A DNA stretch of 57,009 bases from an uncultured Deferribacteres bacterium (GTDB lineage Bacteria > Zhuqueibacterota > Zhuqueibacteria > Zhuqueibacterales > Geothermadaptataceae): positions 1 to 57,009 of the forward strand of contig CAXHAT010000019.1 of the NCBI GenBank assembly GCA_964014485.1, written 5' to 3'. The position numbers and the translations under genes were made by a program. The notes under the pieces are model-generated. The model did no database searches. It was not told where the DNA came from and was given only the letters and a program-made list of their open reading frames with translations. Shown here piece by piece: positions 35,713 to 44,211 of this stretch. Position 1 is the first letter of the stretch. Every line of letters starts with the position of its first letter.

Positions 35713-36717
35713 CTACAGCCCTAAATAGAGATTGCGGCCCTGTACGAGTGCTTCGATCTTGCGATCGACCACGGACCGTTTCAGCATCCAGAACCCGCAA
35801 TCAGGATGAACCCAGCCAATCCGGTCTTGCCCTGCTGCGTCGCACGCGCGTTCGATGCGCCGGGCAACTTCTTCCGGCGTCTCCACGTGATTGACTTTGA
35901 TATCAATCACGCCAACGCCCAGTTTGATCCGAGAGTCGATGCTCTTCAGAATATGCAGATCATCCTCCGGACGGTGGGCAAGTTCGAGAACTAAATGATC
36001 GCAATGCAGGCTGTTCAAGAAGTCAAGAAGGGGTTTCCAGTTGCCTTTCTGAATCGTCTGTCCGCCATAGTTGCCGAAACAAAAATGAACTGCTTTCTCG
36101 CAGGTGATTTTGTCCAAAATCCGATTTAGCGCTTCTGCGGCCAGTGGGGCGTCTTCAGGATTCCCAGGAATGTTGGCCTCATCGAGTTGGACGCACTGAC
36201 AGGGAAGATCCGCGACCTGACCGGCAATCACGTCGGCCAACCCAAGTGTCATCGTCTCAAAATCGTTGTAGTGGATATCCAGTAAGGTGCGCGCCAGCAT
36301 GTATGGGCTGGTGATGGTGAACTTGAACGGTCCATGTGCAACAGAAGCCGCTTTTGCGCAGTCTTCGAATAGGTCGAGCGTCCCTTCAGAGAGACTTGCA
36401 GTGACGACCCCGGCTGGCTTGCTGCGGAAACGCATTTCGGTCTTTTCCGCAAATAAACGGCGATGCGTAAGGCCAAATTCGGTCTCGATTCCGCCAATCC
36501 GCCCGACGAAATAATCGATCATGCCGTTTGTGTCGGGATGATTGATATCAAAACGATAAAGTTCACCATCCGTGGGCAAATCGATTCCGTGGCGACGTTG
36601 GGTGTGAATAATCAAGGCAATGGCGTCGAGGAGCGTCTGTTCACTGGGGGAGTTAATGAGCCAATCGATAGGTGTGTATGAACCGACGGTCGTGGTGAGT
36701 ATTTGTGGAGCATTCAT
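35713..36717 (-). CDS. Cobalamin-independent methionine synthase II family (single-barrel MetE-like) protein
   Basis: TTTVGSY, GIDLPTDGE, QLDEA, Zn ligands HFC...E...PDCG. Confidence 0.88.
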   Translation of the reverse strand: MNAPQILTTTVGSYTPIDWLINSPSEQTLLDAIALIIHTQRRHGIDLPTDGELYRFDINHPDTNGMIDYFVGRIGGIETEFGLTHRRLFAEKTEMRFRSKPAGVVTASLSEGTLDLFEDCAKAASVAHGPFKFTITSPYMLARTLLDIHYNDFETMTLGLADVIAGQVADLPCQCVQLDEANIPGNPEDAPLAAEALNRILDKITCEKAVHFCFGNYGGQTIQKGNWKPLLDFLNSLHCDHLVLELAHRPEDDLHILKSIDSRIKLGVGVIDIKVNHVETPEEVARRIERACDAAGQDRIGWVHPDCGFWMLKRSVVDRKIEALVQGRNLYLGL

Positions 36718-36980
36718 TGGAAATTCCCTTGTTCGAGTGAATGACACAACATTGCGAAACGGTTATCGTATGTTGAGCCTCAATCGATGCTCAGGTCGAA
36801 AAAGCCTATTCGCTTGCATCGTTGCAAAAACATTGAATGTGAGTTCGTGTTTTGTTAGGAGTCGCTTGCTTTCTAGTTAGAATGTAATAGTCTTTTTACA
36901 CGAATCTTGGCGCGACAAGCGAATATTATTCGTTGTTTCGGCCTGAAAACCTCATGTCATTTTTTAGAGAGGGCGGGAAG

Positions 36981-37943
36981 ATGAATGGACATATGCCAGT
37001 TTTGGATAGCGAAATTCAACCAACCAAGAAACCGATCGAAATTGACATCCCGCCGTATGGCGTCTGTATCGCCGAAAGCCATCATGAGCGGCAGTTCACG
37101 ATGGAGCCCATGCAAAATCCCTACGTCAAGATTTACTTTATCATCCAGGGCGCGGGAAATTGTCATATTGAAGGCAACGAAATCGTGTTGGAAGCGGGCC
37201 ATCTTCTCATCATTCCTCGCAATGCGAAGCACTTTCTCTCTGACCATCCGAACAATCCACTCTCATTATATATCATTGCTGTCGAATACTCTTGCCTGCA
37301 GGAGCTCGCATCCTTTCGTAACCAGCTGAATATCCTGGATCGTCTTGGACGCGAATGTCTGGAAAGTCTTAAGCAACACGACTATGTTCCTTACGAGATT
37401 CCGAGCGTCATCCGGAAAATCCTGCATGAGCAGAGAAGCAAGGCAAAGGGATATGTTCCTGCCATTCAATCCCACATTCTTAATCTTGTCATTTCGATCA
37501 ATCGGGCCTTTACGCACATACCGGCGGTAAGAGATTTGCCTGAACCGAATGACACACACGCTCGAATTCTGCGGGTCGCCGATTATTGCGCAGCGCATTT
37601 CTATAAAGCCATATCTGTTGAGGAGATGGCCAGCATGGCCTGCCTGGGCATACGGCAATTCACCAATCAGTTTAAGGCGGTGTTTGGTGTGACGTTTATG
37701 CAATTCCTGCACTACCATCGCGTCAGGTTTGCTCAGCGGCTCCTCGTCAAAACTGACCGGCAAATTACCTCAATCTGCTTCGAGTCCGGGTTTAACGACT
37801 TGGCGCATTTCTATCGAGTGTTCAAAAAAATCACCGGCTACTCTCCAAGAAAATATCGGCTGTATGCGCCGCATGAAGAGATCGAACGTGCCTGGTCAGA
37901 AGACAAGTTCGGCTTTTCGAATGGAAGTTCTGATCCTAAATGA
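36981..37943 (+). CDS. AraC-family transcriptional regulator with cupin domain
   Basis: Cupin N-domain; ITSICFESGFNDLAHFYRVFKKITGYSPRKYR. Confidence 0.93.
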   Translation: MNGHMPVLDSEIQPTKKPIEIDIPPYGVCIAESHHERQFTMEPMQNPYVKIYFIIQGAGNCHIEGNEIVLEAGHLLIIPRNAKHFLSDHPNNPLSLYIIAVEYSCLQELASFRNQLNILDRLGRECLESLKQHDYVPYEIPSVIRKILHEQRSKAKGYVPAIQSHILNLVISINRAFTHIPAVRDLPEPNDTHARILRVADYCAAHFYKAISVEEMASMACLGIRQFTNQFKAVFGVTFMQFLHYHRVRFAQRLLVKTDRQITSICFESGFNDLAHFYRVFKKITGYSPRKYRLYAPHEEIERAWSEDKFGFSNGSSDPK

Positions 37944-37992
37944 TGACTTCAAAGTGAGTCTTGCCAAACCCTATGGGGCTATTCTTAGATAA

Positions 37993-38059
37993 CCCAAGTT
38001 GTGACCTATCCGAAAACGGGTGGGCAGGAGCGCCATTTTGGGGCGGGTCACAACTTGGG
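37993..38059. mobile_element. 67-bp MITE-like element with 8-bp target duplication
   Basis: Perfect 14-bp IR cccaagttgtgacc / ggtcacaacttggg flanked by TTAGATAA at 37985-37992 and 38060-38067. Confidence 0.75.
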
Positions 38060-38082
38060 TTAGATAACATTCTCCTACGACA

Positions 38083-39042
38083 CTACGCTGCTTGAAAATC
38101 TCGCAAGTGAATCTCGTTGGCTCGTGCGAGTTCTTCAGACGTGTAACCGGTAGTCTCAGACGCTTCGCCACACTCAAGGATTTCCTGCTTGTTCTTGGCT
38201 CCTGACAACACAAGCGAAACGTCAGGATTGTCCAGGACCCAGCGCATCGCTGCCTTGGGCAGGGTGTCGATTTCGCCTCGGACGAGAAAGTCCAGCTTTT
38301 CGAGATAGTCAACACGCTGTTCTAACTCTTCTTTGCCGTATCGGGCGTTAATATGACCTTTTTCAAAGACGGTGTCACGCGTCATCTTACCTGAAAGAAA
38401 CCCATTTGCAAGAGATTCGCGCGCGACGACGCCGATATTTTGCCGGCCAAGATCCTGAATTAGCGCAGAAGACTCGCGGTTCATCAAACTATAAACCACC
38501 TGAATCACATCGATCTTTCGCTCCGCAGCCCACTCGCGGGCCATCTGTTCCGTATCCTTAAACATGGAGATCGAATGCCCCACCGTTTTGACTTTGCCCG
38601 CCTGTTTGAGTTTTTCCAGCGCTTCCCAGACATCGTCATGAATTTCTTCAGGGCTAAACGGGCTATGGAAGAACAAAACATCAAGATAATCGGTTTTAAG
38701 ACGCCATAAACTGGATTCTACTGATTCCTGAACCCGCTGTGCATGAAAATTGGGGGCGTTATTCTCAGTTGGATTGCGACCAAACTTGCTGGAGATCAAA
38801 ACCTTCTCACGAATGCCTTTCAATCCCTGCCCCAAGATAGTTTCGGCGATCCCGTCTTCCTCCTTTGAGCCGTAAAGTGGCGCTGTATCGAAGAAGTTAA
38901 TGCCATTGTCCACGGCCGCTCGAATGGCATCCTGAGCCTCTTGTTCTTTCACTTTACCGTAGACTAGCGAAGCGAAAGCCCAGGTTCCCAGACCAATTTC
39001 GCTGCAACGTAGTCCGCTTCGTCCTAATGTTCGATATTTCAT
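38083..39042 (-). CDS. Aldo/keto reductase
   Basis: YRTLGRSG..SEIGLGTW, FFDTAPLYG, SSKFG, RLKTDYLD..FFH, GAKN. Confidence 0.93.
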   Translation of the reverse strand: MKYRTLGRSGLRCSEIGLGTWAFASLVYGKVKEQEAQDAIRAAVDNGINFFDTAPLYGSKEEDGIAETILGQGLKGIREKVLISSKFGRNPTENNAPNFHAQRVQESVESSLWRLKTDYLDVLFFHSPFSPEEIHDDVWEALEKLKQAGKVKTVGHSISMFKDTEQMAREWAAERKIDVIQVVYSLMNRESSALIQDLGRQNIGVVARESLANGFLSGKMTRDTVFEKGHINARYGKEELEQRVDYLEKLDFLVRGEIDTLPKAAMRWVLDNPDVSLVLSGAKNKQEILECGEASETTGYTSEELARANEIHLRDFQAA

Positions 39043-39749
39043 GGTTGGATCTCCTGCAAGAGTTGTTGAATTTTCGGGACAGATCCTGCAAGGAAGGCTT
39101 GTAACATTTGCTCGCCTTCCTCGGCAGTGGCGTTTTTGGGATTTTCACCCCAGATCCCATCATCGTCCAAAGTGGTTTCACGCGCTTGGGGGAGCAGCTT
39201 CAGGTCGACAAGCTCGGGCCGGAAGCGCATTTGAAAGCTGGTTTCGCCTCGCGCCGCATGATTTTTAGGATATTGCCCTTCAAGCGGCTCTGAGTCGGGC
39301 ATGGACCAGAGCTTGATCGCAGGATGTCGCTTTTCAAAAGTTCTCGCGGCTGCTTCAAGCGCTTCAACATGCCCGCCGCCGTAATGGCCAGTGACCACAA
39401 TCAAGACCTTAAAGCCTTCATCGACAAGCTGTTCCAGGTATTCAAGGCAAAGGGTGGTCACCGTTTCTTGTGCATGTTCAATCGTATGCTTGAAGCCTTT
39501 GAAGGGTTTGATTGTATCTGTGCCGACATAGACGGCGGGCAGAACGACGCCGCCTGTCTTTCTTGCAAGGGCGAGACAAAGTCCATGCGCCTTGAGTCCG
39601 TCCAGTCCGATTGGCGCGTGATAACTATGCCATTCCAACGCGCCCCAGGGCAAGTAGGCAATGGGCGATTCGTCGCGAATCTCATCGATTTGTGCCGGAC
39701 GCAGTTCTTCATACTGCCCCCAGCGAGCCAGTTTAGATTTATCGCTCAT
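39039..39749 (-). CDS. Creatininase-family amidohydrolase
   Basis: LPWGALEWHSYHAPIGLD, GHYGG, HAARGETS, ATAEEG; true start ATG 39749 with AGGA RBS. Confidence 0.88.
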   Translation of the reverse strand: MSDKSKLARWGQYEELRPAQIDEIRDESPIAYLPWGALEWHSYHAPIGLDGLKAHGLCLALARKTGGVVLPAVYVGTDTIKPFKGFKHTIEHAQETVTTLCLEYLEQLVDEGFKVLIVVTGHYGGGHVEALEAAARTFEKRHPAIKLWSMPDSEPLEGQYPKNHAARGETSFQMRFRPELVDLKLLPQARETTLDDDGIWGENPKNATAEEGEQMLQAFLAGSVPKIQQLLQEIQP

Positions 39750-39756
39750 GATTTTC

Positions 39757-41019
39757 CTATTCGATGGGTGCTGAAACGGGAAATGACGTGTAGTTTTGCA
39801 GAGAGAACTTCGGGTTTCGTGCTGCCTTCCCCCAGGGGACTTGCAACTCGCTGAGAAAAGATCTTGTTTCAAAGCACTTGAGCAGGAGACTGTCGAGACC
39901 AACTATCCTGCGAAACCGTTCTTCCCCTCGGGGAGGATAATCTTCAATATCGGTGACATAGTGAACAAATTCTTCAGGAACCGTGTGGATTTGCGGGCAG
40001 CTTTCATGCATGGCGTTGATGCACAACGTCTGCGCTCGCGCAACCTTCGCGGTGCAGAGCGGCGTGCCATCTTGAGCAATTGCCTGTGCGAAATCGAGGA
40101 AGATATCGTAGCGCCAAAAGTCATGGGTCATGCTGTTGAAGCTCTCCTGTGCTCCAGAATCGTATTCGATCATCGTCTGCCCGGCGTCACCTTCCCATTT
40201 CACCCGTCCTTTTTCTGCTTCAAGATGCAAGAAAGGTCCGGTTCGGTGGTCACTACAATGCGCAAAGGTCACAAAACAGCGCGTTTTTGTATCGGTTTCG
40301 AACCGCATTTGCGTCAAATCGGCGCTCTCGATTTGGTTGGCGCGGTAGAGTTCCGCCGTCATGTTTGACGGTGTGGCGGCATGACCCGGTTCTGCCGACG
40401 CGAGGTAGAGTAAGTTCATGAGAAAATGGGAAGTGGCATTATTGGCTGGCGTATCAAGTATCCAGTCGTCGTCTTGCCGGAGTTTACCAGCCCAGGCGTT
40501 TCGAGTATAGTAGCGTTCACTCCGCGGCCAGTTGCACGAGAGTGAAATCGAACGCACGTTTCCAAGTCGACCGTGACTCAACCGATCTTTAATCTGTTCT
40601 ATCGCATGTGAATAGAGAAACTGGAATCCAATAGCAAGTTTTTTGCCGGATCGCTTCTCGGATTCAAGCATGGCGTCGACTTCCTGAACAGTGCCTGCCG
40701 CCGGTTTTTCGCAATAGACGTGCAGCCCCCGTTCGAGTGCCTGACAGGTCACCGGCCGATGTTGATGAATACCGATGGGGACGGTCAAGACGTCCGTATT
40801 CGGGCAACCCTGATCAAAGAACGCCTGGATACTTGGATACAAAGGAATGTCGCGAGAAGTGAGTTTGGCGACGAGAGCCGGATTTTGCCGCTGGTCTTGT
40901 GGCAAAGCGATGACGCCAGTAAGTTCGGCCAGGTTTTGGCCGTCGAGCCAATCGACTGCTTTAAGGTGGTCGAGGGCGTAGCCGCCGAATCCGATGACGG
41001 TCCAACGTTGTTTAGGCAT
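39757..41019 (-). CDS. Gfo/Idh/MocA-family NAD-dependent oxidoreductase
   Basis: VIGFGGYA, HVYCEKP, AIGFQ, YYTRNAWAG, PANNATSH; start ATG 41019. Confidence 0.9.
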   Translation of the reverse strand: MPKQRWTVIGFGGYALDHLKAVDWLDGQNLAELTGVIALPQDQRQNPALVAKLTSRDIPLYPSIQAFFDQGCPNTDVLTVPIGIHQHRPVTCQALERGLHVYCEKPAAGTVQEVDAMLESEKRSGKKLAIGFQFLYSHAIEQIKDRLSHGRLGNVRSISLSCNWPRSERYYTRNAWAGKLRQDDDWILDTPANNATSHFLMNLLYLASAEPGHAATPSNMTAELYRANQIESADLTQMRFETDTKTRCFVTFAHCSDHRTGPFLHLEAEKGRVKWEGDAGQTMIEYDSGAQESFNSMTHDFWRYDIFLDFAQAIAQDGTPLCTAKVARAQTLCINAMHESCPQIHTVPEEFVHYVTDIEDYPPRGEERFRRIVGLDSLLLKCFETRSFLSELQVPWGKAARNPKFSLQNYTSFPVSAPIE

Positions 41020-41042
41020 TTCTTCTGTTGATTCCTTTCTTT

Positions 41043-41858
41043 TCAGTTCAGGTACCGATAGTGGCGCAGAAGTAAACGGGCCTTCGGTAAGGATAAGAAT
41101 GCTTCGATTGTCTTTGCAAATTCTGGCTTCTGCCATCGCGCGACCGAAGCCCGCGTTATTGGGCGGGCTTCGCCAAACCAGGCGCGATTGGTCTGAATCT
41201 TCGCGAATTTCGGATAGGCCAGGAGATATTCATGCATGGGCTCGTCGAGAAAATCGCAGATAGCTTGCATGGTCTCCTGAAAATCATCAAGGAGATCTTC
41301 ATAGCGCAGCGTGAAGACCTGCGGGTGATTTTCCAACCTTTTGCCGGCGGCGACGTCGGTGAGCCATCTGTCACTGGGCACCCAAAAACGACTCGGGTCT
41401 AACGGGTGCCGGGAAGTAATCACGTCGCGGCCATCGCGAACGATGTTCAGAATGCGCACGCGCTCGCCATAGTATTCGAGAATTTTCTGGAAATAGATCA
41501 CGTTGCGCGGCGTCTTCTCGCACCAGCGTTGACATTCTTCAGGAATGTCGGTTTTGCGAAACTCGCGATACAATTTCCATAGTTGAAAAGGCACGGTGGT
41601 GTCGGGTCTGGGCACGTACTCAATGCCCTTGAAGGCGTCAGGACAAAGTGCCATGGTCTCCTGACCAACCGCGAAGATATTCGGATGGCTTGACAAGATC
41701 GACAACAGCAGCGACGTCCCGGAGCGGCCGCATCCGCCAATCACGATCGGTCTCTGCCCGAGAGCTTTTATCTTTTCGCGCTTAGCTCGCCTAAACGCAA
41801 GCCGAAGATAGACGGCGGAGCGCAACGCACTCGTTTTGTGATCAAGATTGAAAAGCAT
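41043..41858 (-). CDS. PAPS-dependent sulfotransferase family protein
   Basis: 5'-PSB GGCGRSGTSLL, WCEKTP, 3'-PB VRDGRDVITS, RYEDL. Confidence 0.9.
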   Translation of the reverse strand: MLFNLDHKTSALRSAVYLRLAFRRAKREKIKALGQRPIVIGGCGRSGTSLLLSILSSHPNIFAVGQETMALCPDAFKGIEYVPRPDTTVPFQLWKLYREFRKTDIPEECQRWCEKTPRNVIYFQKILEYYGERVRILNIVRDGRDVITSRHPLDPSRFWVPSDRWLTDVAAGKRLENHPQVFTLRYEDLLDDFQETMQAICDFLDEPMHEYLLAYPKFAKIQTNRAWFGEARPITRASVARWQKPEFAKTIEAFLSLPKARLLLRHYRYLN

Positions 41859-41912
41859 GGATTCCGACGATATTGAACAGAAGCTCTTTCCTTGCCAACG
41901 GATTGCCGTGGG

Positions 41913-43955
41913 CTAAACACGAATGAACTCCGGTAATTCTCCTAAGGTCCTGACTTCAAGTTGGCGATTGTCAACAATGACTGCCCAGCCGGTCTCACGA
42001 CGAGTGATCTCGATTTCTGGCTGGCTGGCGTCCTTGCGGCTGCTGACGAGAACGGTGAGCACGTGCGCGGCCTTGGTTTTTTCAGTCACAACTTCGGCGA
42101 AAGGGAAAACCCCGTGGTCCATCGAGATTTCTAATTCTGCAACTCGCAGCGAAGTCTTAACAGTCGCTGAGATGGATCCATTCAGTCGCGCATTGGGTCT
42201 TTGAATCCGAAATTTATGTTCGTCATCGATTGAGATGCTCGCCTGATTGTCCGTATTGTCGGGATGAAAACGAACGGCCAGTTGCGACGGAAAACGACGC
42301 ATGCGCAATTGATCGCAAAGAACCAGAATGTCGGGCTTGAGAAAAAGCACTGAACGGACGACGTTTTCAACGTCTCGATTTACAAGGGCATAGGCTTGGG
42401 TTGCATCACTGTTCCACCAAACCCAGTCGCCGCGATCGACATATCGGCGAATGCGGGCTTCGGAAAAAGAAGCATTGGTGCCCTCTTCGCCCTTGTGATA
42501 TTGATGGCCCTTCCCGTTGATCAGCACCGCGTTGTGCGCCTCGGTCAATCTGAGAATCCAGTTGGGCTGCCGCCAATCATAAGCGGCGCCGTAGTGATCC
42601 GTAAGAAGACGTTCCCCGAAGGCCTTAAAGATAAAGCTGTTGCGATCCGCGTGCTCATGATTGGACGGCATGCCGCTGCGAAATGCAATGGCGCTGGCGT
42701 CCTCGTCCCAACCGGAGCGACAGACGATCCAGTCTAAATCCAGTCTGCGGTTCAGAAGACGTGCTGAAGGCGCTTCCGCAGGGATGCTCGGCTCATACCA
42801 GAGAAAATCCGAAAAAAAGCGCCGGTCGGCGAAGTTGCTGGCCCCCTTGTTGCGTTCGCTGCGATGATCCGTGTAATGCTGCGCTGCGTATTGCGCCAGC
42901 GGATCGCGCGTCTGGCGCACAATCCAGAGAGCAGTGGCGGGATGAATACTCCTGTTGGCGTCGCTGAAATTGACGATGTCTATTTTCCCCGCTTCTTTGC
43001 GCTTGCCAATTTGCATCGTGGCGATGAACTCGGAAAAGCCGTGCAGATTCAGCAGGTCAGGCCAATCGATATCGCCGCGCAGTTTCATATGCGCGTCCAT
43101 AAACAGAAAGAGATTGCGCATCGAATAATCGGCGTAGCTGACGCCTTCAAAATAGCTGCCGTCCGACGAAAACAAGCTGAGAAATTCCCGCGTGCTGTGA
43201 ATGGCCATATCAAGCCAGGCAGGGGCGCGCTGATCGTGGTTCATAAGGGCAAGTGCTCCGAGACCCAATCCGGCGCAGGGGATCGCTTTCAGATTTGTTT
43301 CATCCAGAATAATTGGCCAGCGCGTCATATCGATATCGTAGTTTGCCAGAAAATCAGGATCAAAACGCCAGTTCGTCGTGTGCTCTTTTTTCTCCATATC
43401 TGCCAGAGCATTGTAGCATCGGGTGCATCCTTCGTCTGCCAGCTTCCCCAGAAGTCTCGATTTGGTCTCTTGTTTGAGATGCGGCCGCAGCACTTCCAGG
43501 GCAAACAGGAGGGAAATAACCGTATCTGGCGCAAGCTGAAAACCAAGCGGGCGCTCATCCGCCAGAAAATAATCCCACTTCTCACGCCCGAGAACGACGT
43601 CAACCAGCTCCAGGGCAAACTTCCGACGATTGGCTATCCTTTCTACCAAAGTGACCAGACACTCCCGCCGCAGGAGATGCAAGACGTGGCGATAGCCGGT
43701 AAACAGATTTCGATCTGCCAGTAATTTCTCGACCTCCTGCCGATCATGCGTTAAGTCAGCGTTCAGAGAATCCTGGTAGTAGTTGCGCAGCAGCGGCGTC
43801 TGTGTGTTCGTGCGAATCCGGGCTAAGTCACTCGCTTCGTAAAAGAGATTGGGTGTTTCCGCAACTGCCGGCCAGCGCGGCAACAGGCCAGGTAGGAGTA
43901 ATGCTGTCGAAGAAGTCTTCAAAAATTGTCGGCGCTTCATCTGTTTCATAGACAC
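41913..43955 (-). CDS. Tat-exported heparinase II/III-like lyase
   Basis: KRRQFLK Tat motif; DGSYFEGVSYADY, NFSD, RSGW, NHEHADRNSF, HNAVLING. Confidence 0.85.
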   Translation of the reverse strand: MSMKQMKRRQFLKTSSTALLLPGLLPRWPAVAETPNLFYEASDLARIRTNTQTPLLRNYYQDSLNADLTHDRQEVEKLLADRNLFTGYRHVLHLLRRECLVTLVERIANRRKFALELVDVVLGREKWDYFLADERPLGFQLAPDTVISLLFALEVLRPHLKQETKSRLLGKLADEGCTRCYNALADMEKKEHTTNWRFDPDFLANYDIDMTRWPIILDETNLKAIPCAGLGLGALALMNHDQRAPAWLDMAIHSTREFLSLFSSDGSYFEGVSYADYSMRNLFLFMDAHMKLRGDIDWPDLLNLHGFSEFIATMQIGKRKEAGKIDIVNFSDANRSIHPATALWIVRQTRDPLAQYAAQHYTDHRSERNKGASNFADRRFFSDFLWYEPSIPAEAPSARLLNRRLDLDWIVCRSGWDEDASAIAFRSGMPSNHEHADRNSFIFKAFGERLLTDHYGAAYDWRQPNWILRLTEAHNAVLINGKGHQYHKGEEGTNASFSEARIRRYVDRGDWVWWNSDATQAYALVNRDVENVVRSVLFLKPDILVLCDQLRMRRFPSQLAVRFHPDNTDNQASISIDDEHKFRIQRPNARLNGSISATVKTSLRVAELEISMDHGVFPFAEVVTEKTKAAHVLTVLVSSRKDASQPEIEITRRETGWAVIVDNRQLEVRTLGELPEFIRV

Positions 43956-44037
43956 ATCACTTTTGTGTACTTCATCGATAGTGTATTGTCAAACTCAATT
44001 TTGCGAGTGACTCGTTTTTGATCGTCGTCAGAATTCG

Positions 44038-44119
44038 TCTCATTAGCCCCGGCCTTCAGGCCGGGGAAGAAGAAGGATGCGTCTCCTTGTTTCCCTGCGC
44101 TAAAGCGCAGGGCTAATGA
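44038..44119. repeat. REP doublet, same family as 11959-12065
   Basis: tcattagccccggccttcaggccgggg ... ccctgcgctaaagcgcagggctaatga. Confidence 0.8.
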
Positions 44120-44211
44120 AAACCATTGAAAACGCGGTTTCATGCCTAGGTTTACCAAAGCCTTCAATAAGAAGGAGACGCCAAACTCACAATTTTTATC
44201 GTGACAATGCG

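Noticed and set aside
39750..39902. N-terminal extensions of ORF-track calls (creatininase here; also the 41136, 46353 and 53425 starts)
   Set aside because: They overlap upstream genes; downstream ATGs have RBSs and give family-typical or signal-peptide N-termini
42864..43724. Long plus-strand ORFs in the catabolic region (also 46697-47509, 54608-55615)
   Set aside because: Antisense shadows of well-supported minus-strand genes
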